From the NCBI GenBank assembly GCA_049298815.1, contig JBAQWH010000603.1, positions 1-46,683 on the forward strand: a stretch of DNA of 46,683 bases, given 5' to 3'. Positions 15,688-24,058 of this stretch are shown piece after piece (position 1 is the stretch's first letter; each line of letters begins with the position of its first letter). The position numbers and the translations under genes are program-made. Below the pieces are notes generated by a model. That model saw nothing but the letters and a program-made list of their open reading frames with translations, was not told the DNA's origin and ran no database searches. This stretch comes from Thermoanaerobaculia bacterium (GTDB taxonomy: Bacteria > Acidobacteriota > Thermoanaerobaculia > Gp7-AA8).

Positions 15688-18565
15688 CCGGCTTTGGGAA
15701 ACGAAGCCAGCGCCACACGCGCTGCTGGACACCATCCACGAGACGGCGGACGGCGGCGGGAATGTCCTTCTTCTGCGTTCCGCTCGGAATCGCGAGCGGA
15801 AGGTGATCTCCGCTCGTGATCCACAGCGGCGACCGCGCGTCGCCGAAGACCGCGCGCGCCCCCTCGAAGAACTTCTGCTCGATCGCGTCGGTGCGCGTCC
15901 ACACGACGACGCGAAGTTCCGAGTCCGGCTCGGATACCTGTCCGTCGAAGGTGCGGCCCGCGTAGAACGCCTTGCTGATCGCCTGAAGCTTCCACGCTTT
16001 CACCGCGGCAAGGTCGCTCGCGTCTCGCTCGCCGAATCCGGTCTCTACCTCTCCGAGGATGATGTCGCGGATCATCCGTCCGTTCTTTTCGCGAATCGCG
16101 ACGAACGAGAAATCCGGCACGTAGGCGGTCTTCTGGAGATCGGGACCGAACAGCGGACGAAGGCGATCCGGGATCGCGCTCCCGGACAGATCCAAACGCA
16201 CGGACCTCTCGCGATCGAACCGGACGTCATCCACTCGCGCACCGCGGCCGACGAGACTCTGCATGAGCAACGTCTGCAGCGTCGACGACCAGAGGCGGTG
16301 CTCGGTCTGCGCGGGTCGATTCGACTCAACCGTCCGGCGGAAGACGCCGAGGTTCTTTGCGATCCGGCGGAGGTTCTCGTTCTCAACGTCATTCGCGGAG
16401 AGACGGTCCGCCCCCGCCGTCGTGAGGATGTAGATGATCGGTGCGGAACCCTCGCCGCGGGGCGCGAACCGCCGCACCGAATCCGCGTATCCGGCCTTCA
16501 CGAGAGACTGCAGTTCGCGAGCGGCCTTGTCGTAGCTCCAATCGAGAACAGCGAGGATGTGCTGGATCGTGCAGAGACGCACGAGGGCGATGACGCGAAG
16601 CAGTTCGATGCCGCGGTCCGCCGTCGGAGTGACGGGCGAAAGCGACACCGGAATGTCAGGTGCCGCCTCCGGGGTGGGTGTCGACTTCGCCGACCGTGGG
16701 GGCTTCTCGGTGGAACGGGACTTCGCCGGGGGGCGGGGCACGTCGACGTTCCCGAGCGCGTTGCCGGCGAGCGTGATGGCCGGGGCGAACGGCTTCCGTG
16801 CCACCGCTTTCGCCTTCCAGTAGTGATCGTGCCAGCGCGTGTAGTACTCGAGCGCGTTCACCCCTCCGATCTCCTCCGGGAACTTCCTCGGCGGGTCCAT
16901 GTCGATCTCCACGGCGTTGCCGCCGTAGCTCCAGGTCGCCTGGTAATCGGGGCGGCGGAGGAGCGCCTGCGCGCCGACCGACAGCTGCTCTTCGAACGGA
17001 ATGCGGATGATCATTTCAGCGAATGCCGCGCCGACCGTCGTGCCGAGCGTCGTGCTGCGCGAGCCGCCGGTCGATGAGGAGCTGCCATGACTGTCCGACC
17101 ACCCGTTGCCGCGCTGCGCCTGCCGGGAGAGACGGCGGTTCTCGCCGAGGTCGTCCGCCGAATCGCCGCTGGACGCGCTTTCGTTGCCGGTGATCGATGA
17201 CGAAGAGTTGATTGCTTCCTGCCACGAGTCCGTCAGCGTTTCCGAGGACGTGCGGCTCGTCGAGTCCGTACGCGTGAGCAGCCGGTGCAGCACGCCCATC
17301 GGATCGATAGGGTGCGTGCGAAGGTAGAGCTCCTTCGCCTGCTGCATTGACGTCGGCCGCCAGTCGGCGTTGAGGCTGCAGACCGATTCGCGGATGTCGG
17401 CCATCTCGTCGATGCCGGCGGCCTTCCACTGCGCGATGTTCTGGAACAGGAGCCAGGTCGAGATCCCGAGATTCCTCGCCTGCGCCATGTGCGTGAGGAT
17501 GGACCGTGGAACCCACTTGTCGGCCTCATCGAGGAAGTAGTGCAGCAGGTCGTACCTCCCACTTCCGGGGCTCCGCAGGGCGAAGTGCGCGCTGTTGATC
17601 GCGTGCACTGCAAGGAAGGCTTCCTTTCGGAGTGTCTCGTTCGGGAGATCGGTCGTGAGGAAGAAGCGTCCGTTCCCGTATGTCGCTTCCGCCGGATCGT
17701 ACGTCTCGTCGGAGCCGAAGAACGTGCCGAGCGCCGTCCCCTCGTCGTAGTCGTCCATGCTGTTCGCGAAGCTCTCCGTGCGCTGCTCGAAGACGGACTT
17801 CGGCAACGCGCGGAGTTCGAGGAGCTTCTGGAGCTGACGCTGGACGAAGATGTCGGCCGCGAGACCGTTCGCCTCGATTTCGCGCAGGAGGAACTGGAGG
17901 TAGGCGTCATCGTCCTTGTCGAGCGGCCGTGACCACTCGCAGATGCTCCGTCCGGCGGCGACGAGGACCGTGAGGACGATCTTCGCCGTACGCCGGAACC
18001 GCACGCGGAGATCCATGTCGTCGAAGCGCATGCTAAAGACGTTCAGGACGCGATCCACGACTTCCTGGACTGACTCCATCGTGCCGTCGGGGCGGCGACG
18101 CCGCTTCATGATGTCGATCCGGATCGGATTGTCTCCGCGGTACGAGATCGTCCCGAATGCGAAACGCCGGAGGAACCAGTCCGTCGCGCCGGTGAGGATC
18201 TCCGGGAACATCCTCTCGAGCGTCATGAGGATCGTCCCGAGAAACGCCTTGTGCGTCCGTGCCGCGTGAAAGCCCGTTCCGATGAAGTCCATCGCGATGA
18301 GCGCCATGTCATCGAAGGGCGACGCGAAGTCGAGTTCCTGCCCGGTCGTCGTCTTGCCGGCGCCCGTCTTGCCGTTCATGGCGACGTTCATTTCCGTCGA
18401 CCAGAGCGGGAGAGATACCGGCGCGCCGTCTCCGACGCGCCGCCCCAGATAGATCGATGGCACCGACGGGAGGAACGACCGCAGCGCCCGGAGGAAACGC
18501 GGCGGTCCGATCTCAGCGACGCTGTTCGACGTCGATCGGCGTGACGTTCGAGCGGGTAAAAACAT
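15641..18565 (-). CDS. FtsK/HerA/T4CP-like P-loop ATPase fused to a replication-relaxation-like wHTH/nuclease-fold C-terminal domain
   Basis: Walker A 'NGKTGAGKTT' is preceded by 'IYLGRRVGDGAPVSL'. Walker B is 'LHYFLDEADKW'. 'ARNLGISTWLLFQNIAQW' is coupling-protein-like. A Ser/Thr-rich linker follows. The C-terminus has 'LLRVIALVRLCTIQHILAVL...LVKAGY' (wHTH) and 'YVPDFSFV...ILGEVETG'. There are no N-terminal TM helices. Confidence 0.65.
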   Translation of the reverse strand: MFLPARTSRRSTSNSVAEIGPPRFLRALRSFLPSVPSIYLGRRVGDGAPVSLPLWSTEMNVAMNGKTGAGKTTTGQELDFASPFDDMALIAMDFIGTGFHAARTHKAFLGTILMTLERMFPEILTGATDWFLRRFAFGTISYRGDNPIRIDIMKRRRRPDGTMESVQEVVDRVLNVFSMRFDDMDLRVRFRRTAKIVLTVLVAAGRSICEWSRPLDKDDDAYLQFLLREIEANGLAADIFVQRQLQKLLELRALPKSVFEQRTESFANSMDDYDEGTALGTFFGSDETYDPAEATYGNGRFFLTTDLPNETLRKEAFLAVHAINSAHFALRSPGSGRYDLLHYFLDEADKWVPRSILTHMAQARNLGISTWLLFQNIAQWKAAGIDEMADIRESVCSLNADWRPTSMQQAKELYLRTHPIDPMGVLHRLLTRTDSTSRTSSETLTDSWQEAINSSSSITGNESASSGDSADDLGENRRLSRQAQRGNGWSDSHGSSSSTGGSRSTTLGTTVGAAFAEMIIRIPFEEQLSVGAQALLRRPDYQATWSYGGNAVEIDMDPPRKFPEEIGGVNALEYYTRWHDHYWKAKAVARKPFAPAITLAGNALGNVDVPRPPAKSRSTEKPPRSAKSTPTPEAAPDIPVSLSPVTPTADRGIELLRVIALVRLCTIQHILAVLDWSYDKAARELQSLVKAGYADSVRRFAPRGEGSAPIIYILTTAGADRLSANDVENENLRRIAKNLGVFRRTVESNRPAQTEHRLWSSTLQTLLMQSLVGRGARVDDVRFDRERSVRLDLSGSAIPDRLRPLFGPDLQKTAYVPDFSFVAIREKNGRMIRDIILGEVETGFGERDASDLAAVKAWKLQAISKAFYAGRTFDGQVSEPDSELRVVVWTRTDAIEQKFFEGARAVFGDARSPLWITSGDHLPLAIPSGTQKKDIPAAVRRLVDGVQQRVWRWLRFPKPDDRRRFVGIGDSRDA

Positions 18566-19499
18566 CGGCGCCTCCTCCGCGGTTGTACGAGTTGAACGTG
18601 GTGCGGATCTCGTCGAGGAACCCCATCTTGCGGGCCTGCTCCTCGAGGTCGAGGAAGTGCTGGTACTCGCGGCGCGCCTGGTCGAGATCCATCACGAGTT
18701 CCCCGGCATTCTCGAGACGGAGGTTGTGGAGAATCGACGCGTAGGTGTCCGACTCCGCGAGCTTGCGGTCCTGCGTGCGCATGAACCGCTCGATGAACGT
18801 CGAACCGCCGCGCGGGAGCCAGCGATCGTCCCACGTCTTCGGCTCGACCGCACCGATCACCGCGCTGTTCGTATACGACTGCGCGAGGCTACGGAGCAGA
18901 TCGTCGCTCTTCGCTTCCCCGAACGGACGCTGCGAAGCACGGATCTCCTTCTTCGGCTCCGGCTGGAGTGCTGCGTATTCCTGCTGCGCCTTCAGCAGCT
19001 CGGCCTGCGCCCGCACCTGCCTTGTTTCGGCCACGAGGCGCTTCGTCTGGATGTCCGCGAGTGCCTCGGCCTCGCGTTCGGGCCACAGGCGCTGCGCGGC
19101 GTCGTAGTTGAGGTGGAGGTCGAGCAGCTCGAGCCGGATCCCGGCTGCCTCGCGTTCGTATCCGAGGCACCGCACTTCCTGCTCCTTTACATTCCCGTAG
19201 TGCTGGACCCACTCGAGCTCGTCCTGGCGTGCGAGCCGGGACGACTGATGCTCCAGCGTCTGGCAGTCGAGTTCCATCTGGCCGAGCTCGTAGCTCGTGA
19301 GAGGGACGACGGTCGTCGTCGTGATGGGTTCGCGCGTCCCGTTGAGGAACCGATCGACGATGCCCTGCTGCGGCTGGACGGTCGTCGTAATGGACTTCGT
19401 GAACTCTTTCCGCGCGGAACTGACAGCGTTTCCCACGCGATTCACGGGCCGCGGCGGGATGCCGATGCTGCGAACGAGATCTTTCGGATTCTGGCTCAT
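18513..19499 (-). CDS. Hypothetical coiled-coil protein (328 aa)
   Basis: The central region is heptad-like and Glu/Leu/Gln/Arg-rich ('RLVAETRQVRAQAELLKAQQEYAALQ'). The start is ATGA-coupled to the upstream gene (19496-19499). The 3' end overlaps the ATPase start by 53 nt. Confidence 0.6.
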   Translation of the reverse strand: MSQNPKDLVRSIGIPPRPVNRVGNAVSSARKEFTKSITTTVQPQQGIVDRFLNGTREPITTTTVVPLTSYELGQMELDCQTLEHQSSRLARQDELEWVQHYGNVKEQEVRCLGYEREAAGIRLELLDLHLNYDAAQRLWPEREAEALADIQTKRLVAETRQVRAQAELLKAQQEYAALQPEPKKEIRASQRPFGEAKSDDLLRSLAQSYTNSAVIGAVEPKTWDDRWLPRGGSTFIERFMRTQDRKLAESDTYASILHNLRLENAGELVMDLDQARREYQHFLDLEEQARKMGFLDEIRTTFNSYNRGGGADVFTRSNVTPIDVEQRR

Positions 19500-20446
19500 A
19501 GTCTTCCTCCCTGGGCGAGGTGCATGAAGACCTGCCCTTGCTGTTCCTTCTGTCTGTTGATGAGGTCATTGAGATGCCGCTCCTGCGCGAGCATTTGTGC
19601 CTGCTTCGCGTAGAGCGACCGACGAAGTTGTTCGAGTTCCGCTTCACGCGCCGGGATCGCTTCGACGCGCTGTCGAAGCCGATCGCGTTCGGCGAGGATC
19701 GTTGCGAGGTCGCGGCGGGTCGTCGCGAGTACCGATTCCGTCGTCTGGAGCGAGAGTCGCAGGGTTTGTACTTCCCGTTGGGACGCCTCCCACGTTGACT
19801 TCAGCCGCCCGCGAAGACGCTCCTGCTCGGAATTCGCTGCGTGCAGCTCGCGCGAGACGTCGGCGGTCCTCGAGTTGGGGTTGGGATTGTTCGACTGCTG
19901 ACGGGCGAGCGCCGAACGGAGGGTCGTGACTTCGGTCAGGGCGTTGTCGCGTTCGGACATCATGCGGACACTGGACGCTCGCCAGTAATTCAGATCGCCA
20001 ACGAAGTCCCTGACGAGGCGAGCGGCGAGCACCAGGATGAAGACGCCGAGGGTGACCCCAAGCCAGAACGTCGCGGGGTTCTTCTCGCCCGGCAGCTGAG
20101 CGCCCGCGGCGACAACGTCGAGGAGCGTGAGCGTCGAGGCGTCGGTCAGGGGGCCGTTGCCGTCGCGTCGATAGCAGGCGACGCGACGACGATCGTCATC
20201 GGCGTCATACGGATTGCCGACGAGAATCATGTCACCCCAGTGCGTCACCGGTGCGTCGGCGACATGCGCGCGCGACCACGCCCGGATGTCGGCGTACGTC
20301 ACGACTGTCTGCACTCTGTTGGGATGCGACCAGATCGGAAGAGCCTCGCTCGCGGAGACGGACGTGGCGACGATCACATACAGCACGAGGTACGGAACGG
20401 CGCGGACGAGCCGTACGGTGTTGGTCGCTGTTGGATCGGATGCCAT
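19496..20446 (-). CDS. Hypothetical two-TM membrane protein with a cytoplasmic coiled-coil tail
   Basis: Hydrophobic helices 'VPYLVLYVIVATSVSA' and 'FWLGVTLGVFILVLAARLV', then ~150 aa of coiled coil ('ERLRGRLKSTWEASQREVQTLRLSLQ...'). Confidence 0.6.
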   Translation of the reverse strand: MASDPTATNTVRLVRAVPYLVLYVIVATSVSASEALPIWSHPNRVQTVVTYADIRAWSRAHVADAPVTHWGDMILVGNPYDADDDRRRVACYRRDGNGPLTDASTLTLLDVVAAGAQLPGEKNPATFWLGVTLGVFILVLAARLVRDFVGDLNYWRASSVRMMSERDNALTEVTTLRSALARQQSNNPNPNSRTADVSRELHAANSEQERLRGRLKSTWEASQREVQTLRLSLQTTESVLATTRRDLATILAERDRLRQRVEAIPAREAELEQLRRSLYAKQAQMLAQERHLNDLINRQKEQQGQVFMHLAQGGRL

Positions 20447-20482
20447 GGGCCGTCTCCGGATGCTTCGGTCTGCGCCGCGAGA

Positions 20483-20671
20483 TCAGGCGATCGCGAGGCC
20501 GGAGCGCGACGAGGCATGTTCCGGCGCCGCGTCGATGGCATCGTTGAGGATGTTCGTGACGCGCTTCTTCAACTTCTTCAGCGCGTCACGGTCGCTGAGG
20601 CTCACGGTGCGTTCGAGCGATTCGTTCGGAGAGGTGATGACGACAGCGATTTCGGTGTTCGGGATGTTCAT
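20483..20671 (-). CDS. Hypothetical small protein (62 aa), first gene of the ATPase/primase operon
   Basis: ATG 20671 is preceded by AAGGAG with a 7-nt spacer. The track start at 20689 has no Shine-Dalgarno. Confidence 0.5.
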   Translation of the reverse strand: MNIPNTEIAVVITSPNESLERTVSLSDRDALKKLKKRVTNILNDAIDAAPEHASSRSGLAIA

Positions 20672-20904
20672 GTCTTGGCTCCTTTTCATTGACTGCTGGA
20701 GCCGTTATGCCGTGGGAGATGCCGATCTCCGACTGCGTTCTTCACGGGGTGTGCGATGTGGTTGGATTTCTCTTGATGATGTTGGGCGGGCTGGGGGTCG
20801 TCGCTCAGTGCTGCAATTCAGCAGGCGCGATTCGGTACCTAGAAGGCAGGCGACAAATCGACGCGGACCTTGACCAACATCGACGGATCTCGAACACTTG
20901 AGTC

Positions 20905-22881
20905 GTGAAAATCCAAGCACTGACAATCGAGAACTTCCGGTGTGTGCGTTCCGCGCATGCGGACCTGCGCGCGCTCACTGGCTTCGTCGGGCGGAACGGC
21001 GCCGGCAAGAGCACGTTTCTTCAGGCATTGCAGCTCTTCTACGCGCCCTCAGCCACTGTCACGCCTGAGGATTACTACGCCAATGCGACAACCGAGGACA
21101 TCGCTATCCAGATCACGTACGGCGATCTACGCCCTGAAGAGAAGGCGGAACTCGAGGTCTACATGGATGGCGACACGCTGACCGTCACGAAGCGCTTTCC
21201 GGCGCTCGGCGACGGGGCAAAGGGAACGGCCGGCAAGTACTTCGCCAGCCAGCGCGTGTTCCCGCCGTTTCAGTCCGTCCGCAAGGCCACTTCCGCTGCT
21301 GACCGGAAAGCCACATACAACGACCTGATCGATAGCGCCACGTTGCCGCCCGATACGCCGAAGGCGAAGAAGGACTCCGACGTGTACGACGGCATGAAGG
21401 CGTTCGAGGCCGCGCATTCCGAGGTGCTCAAGCGCGAAGAGATGGAAACACAACTCTTCGGCGAGAAGAGTGTCGGGTCGGGGAAGATCGAGAAATTCAC
21501 GCGGTTCGTCTACGTGCCTGCCGTCAGGGACGTCACCGATGAGGCCGCAGACCGTAAAGCATCATTCGCGCAACTACTGGAGCTGGTGGTCACACCGAAG
21601 ATTCAGGCGCGCCCGGAAGTTCAACAGCTTCCAGCGAAGATCCAGGCGCTCGTCGACAACGCGTACGACAAAGCGGTCATCGGACAGGATCTCGCGACGC
21701 TTGCCTCGGATCTAAACGGGGTACTGAAACCGTTCGTCGGCGACGCCCGCCTGAGCTTCGATCTCATCGCCCCGGACGTAAAGCCGTCGGAGCCGCGCAT
21801 CGTCCCCACCGTTACCGAAGATAGTTTCGCCGGCGAGCTCTCTCGCAAGGGGCATGGCCTGCAGCGGGCGATCATCTTTACGGTGCTCTCCCATCTCGCG
21901 CGCATCCGTAGCGGAGCAGCGCCCGAGAGCCAGCCTGATCTTATCCTCGCAGTCGAGGAGCCCGAGCTCTATCAGCATCCCTCGCGTTGTCGACAGATCG
22001 CATCAGTTCTCCGTCAGCTCTCCGAGGCCTCTGCGCCGGGGAACCAAGTCCTCTTCACAACGCACTCCCCCTACTTTCTTGATATCGAGCACTTCGAAGA
22101 CGTGCGTATTGTCCGTAAGGCGCAGGGCGGTGGCGGCGCGGCCGAGTCTGCCGTCACGAAGCTGACCTTCGACGCGATTCGCGAAACGTGGGCCCGGTGT
22201 TGCGAGAAGGAGCCCAAAGAGATCACCCGAACGAGCCTTGCATCGCGTTTGACGAAGCCGTTCCTGACTTCGGCGAGTGAGGGATTCTTCGCCGATGTTG
22301 TCGTTCTCGTCGAAGGCGCAGGCGATGCCGCTCTGCTGCTCCGGCTCGCAGAACGCATGAAGAAGTCATGGGACGAGCGTGGTGTCGTCGTCATCCGCAC
22401 CGATGGGAAGGCAAACCTTGGCGCTCCATGGCTCGTCTTCCAAGCGTTCAACATCCCGACGTATGTGCTCTTCGATGGGGACGTCCGGTATCGGGGTCGT
22501 GGCGGCTCCGATGAGAACCAAGCCACGATGTACAACAAGTTCCTGCAGCGTGCGGGCGGCATCGCGACACCCGAGGCTTTCCCGGCGACGAAGGCCGGAG
22601 CGACGTTTGCGTGTCTAGAGGACGAACTGGAGACGGCCTGCAAGAACGCTGTGGGTGACGAGGCCTACAGCGCTGCTCTTAGCACCGTCGGGATGCAGAT
22701 CGGATCGAAGCCGAGCGAGGTGTTGAACAATGCGACCGGTGCTGCGTTGTTTCTCGATCACGTGTATGACTCCGGTGACCGCCTCCCCTTCGCGGAGCAG
22801 ATCGTGGAAGCGATCACGGCATTTGCGGAAGCCGCGCAGCAACCTCCGATCATCACTCCCGTGCACCAAGAGGTAGCATGA
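20905..22881 (+). CDS. OLD-family nuclease (ABC-type ATPase fused to TOPRIM)
   Basis: The N-terminus 'MKIQALTIENFRCV...GRNGAGKSTFLQAL' carries Walker A. Walker B/D-loop is 'LILAVEEPELYQHP', followed by 'FTTHSPYFL'. The C-terminal TOPRIM is 'VVLVEGAGDAALL...YVLFDGD'. The start is GTG. Confidence 0.85.
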   Translation: MKIQALTIENFRCVRSAHADLRALTGFVGRNGAGKSTFLQALQLFYAPSATVTPEDYYANATTEDIAIQITYGDLRPEEKAELEVYMDGDTLTVTKRFPALGDGAKGTAGKYFASQRVFPPFQSVRKATSAADRKATYNDLIDSATLPPDTPKAKKDSDVYDGMKAFEAAHSEVLKREEMETQLFGEKSVGSGKIEKFTRFVYVPAVRDVTDEAADRKASFAQLLELVVTPKIQARPEVQQLPAKIQALVDNAYDKAVIGQDLATLASDLNGVLKPFVGDARLSFDLIAPDVKPSEPRIVPTVTEDSFAGELSRKGHGLQRAIIFTVLSHLARIRSGAAPESQPDLILAVEEPELYQHPSRCRQIASVLRQLSEASAPGNQVLFTTHSPYFLDIEHFEDVRIVRKAQGGGGAAESAVTKLTFDAIRETWARCCEKEPKEITRTSLASRLTKPFLTSASEGFFADVVVLVEGAGDAALLLRLAERMKKSWDERGVVVIRTDGKANLGAPWLVFQAFNIPTYVLFDGDVRYRGRGGSDENQATMYNKFLQRAGGIATPEAFPATKAGATFACLEDELETACKNAVGDEAYSAALSTVGMQIGSKPSEVLNNATGAALFLDHVYDSGDRLPFAEQIVEAITAFAEAAQQPPIITPVHQEVA

Positions 22882-23093
22882 ACTACGTACCCGTAAGTTC
22901 GACCAATATTGTCGCCGTTGCGTACGACGCGACGACGAGCACGCTCGGCGTACGTTTCCACAGTGGTTCCGAATACGAGTACCGGAACGTCCCGGTCTCG
23001 ATCTTCATCGGTCTCCGTTCGTCGACGTCGGCTGGTACGTACTTCGACCAGAATGTCCGAAAGGCAGGATTTTCGTTCCGTCAGGTCCGATGA
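22878..23093 (+). CDS. KTSC-domain protein (71 aa)
   Basis: 'VSSTNIVAVAYDATTSTLGVRFHSGSEYEYRNVP...GTYFDQNVRK' matches the KTSC pattern, including the central YxY motif. The ATG overlaps the OLD stop as ATGA (22878-22881). Confidence 0.75.
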   Translation: MNYVPVSSTNIVAVAYDATTSTLGVRFHSGSEYEYRNVPVSIFIGLRSSTSAGTYFDQNVRKAGFSFRQVR

Positions 23094-23260
23094 ATCGCGA
23101 CGCGAGATCTTCGATCGAAACCCGTGAGGAGCGTGTTTCGTGTTGTGGTTCAGCAACCCCGCGCTGCGTGCAGACGTGATCCAGTCCTGCGGAAATCCTG
23201 CGCGCAGGGGCATTTTGGTCGCGTTGGAGGCAGTTGGATGGGGTTGGACGAAAACGGCCC

Positions 23261-23293
23261 CAAAAACGAGAAACCCACTGTTTCCAGTGGGTT
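23261..23293 (-). terminator. Hairpin terminator downstream of tRNA-fMet
   Basis: On the minus strand, AACCCACTG-GAAA-CAGTGGGTT is followed by TCTCGTTTTTG. It begins 15 nt after the tRNA 3' end. Confidence 0.55.
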
Positions 23294-23307
23294 CCGTTGG
23301 ATTGAAT

Positions 23308-23384
<77 letters not shown>

Positions 23385-23410
23385 ACATCGCTTTCTGCGA
23401 AGCGGGCGCG

Positions 23411-23439
23411 ATTATCGTCGCGGCCTCACCTCACGTCAA
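23411..23439 (-). promoter_or_regulatory. Sigma-70-type promoter for tRNA-fMet
   Basis: On the minus strand: TTGACG (23439-23434), an exact 17-nt spacer, GATAAT (23416-23411), then the GC-rich discriminator CGCGCCC. The -10 element ends ~26 nt upstream of the mature tRNA 5' end. Confidence 0.6.
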
Positions 23440-23454
23440 GGACCCCCTCTAACC

Positions 23455-23637
23455 TCAGGCGTGGGGCTCGTATTTCCGCTTTTTCGCATCCGGTTTCGCC
23501 GGGGCGGATTCGGTCACCGCCGGCACCCGCGGATGCAACAGACCGACCTCTGCCTGGTGCAGCGTCGGCCCGTGTTTCTCCTCGTGATGCTTCTTCGCCT
23601 TCTTCTTTTCCTTGTGCGGACTCCGGTCGTGCGCCAT
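23455..23637 (-). CDS. Candidate small basic protein (60 aa, Lys/His-rich)
   Basis: ATG 23637 is preceded by AGGAGGA ('acaggaggatccgATG'). The product is 'MAHDRSPHKEKKKAKKHHEEKHGPTLHQ...KKRKYEPHA'. The rest of the 226-aa track ORF upstream looks non-coding. Confidence 0.4.
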   Translation of the reverse strand: MAHDRSPHKEKKKAKKHHEEKHGPTLHQAEVGLLHPRVPAVTESAPAKPDAKKRKYEPHA

Positions 23638-23867
23638 CGGATCCTCCTGTCGTGCCGTCCCTGGATTCGCCAGGAAAACGATACACCTCGGCAGCCCGAC
23701 GGGACCTGTGTGGATCGCACAGCCCGGATGCGACGTGCAGCACGGGCCGGATTGATGAGCCGGCCACGCGACATCCGCCGACGAGACACCGGGCGAGACG
23801 CCGGCACTCCACCCGCCTGAGCGCGGGGATGAGACGGGGGTGCACGACTCCGCGCACCCCCGTCGAG

Positions 23868-23936
23868 CTACTTCTTGGCGTCTTTGTCTTTCTTCGGCTT
23901 CTTGGTCTCTTTGCGCTGGCTCGTGCCTTTTGCCAT
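23868..23936 (-). CDS. Candidate micro-ORF (22 aa, Lys-rich)
   Basis: ATG 23936 is preceded by AGGAGG with a 5-nt spacer. The product is 'MAKGTSQRKETKKPKKDKDAKK', ending in a TAG stop. Confidence 0.3.
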   Translation of the reverse strand: MAKGTSQRKETKKPKKDKDAKK

Positions 23937-24058
23937 GGCGTCCTCCTGAAGATGATTGCGATTCTCTCACTGTCGGCAAGGGATGGAATCCCGGCGGCGC
24001 CCGGTTCGCTCCGTGGGATTTCTCTCCGTCCTTTCGGGTAATATCCGCGCATCCGAAT

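Noticed and set aside
20870-20898. A TTGACC-17 nt-AACACT promoter that would make the OLD mRNA leaderless.
   Set aside because: The -10 element is poor and I have no transcription start data. It is mentioned only as a low-confidence possibility inside the OLD-KTSC finding, not as a feature.
20905-23093. Calling the OLD nuclease Gabija (GajA) or PARIS (AriA/AriB).
   Set aside because: There is no UvrD-like GajB gene downstream. ATPase and TOPRIM are fused in a single polypeptide rather than split as in AriA/AriB, and the only partner is a KTSC protein.
12504-23093. Interpreting the primase, ATPase and small-gene region as a prophage.
   Set aside because: No capsid, portal, terminase, tail, lysis or integrase genes are recognisable. 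The content fits a plasmid- or ICE-like backbone or defence genes better.
23186-23216. An AAATCCTG match to the tRNA T-arm and a CCTGCGCGCAGG palindrome as a possible att remnant or terminator of the KTSC gene.
   Set aside because: Only 8 nt match the tRNA. The palindrome followed by ATTTT is too weak to call either an att site or a terminator.
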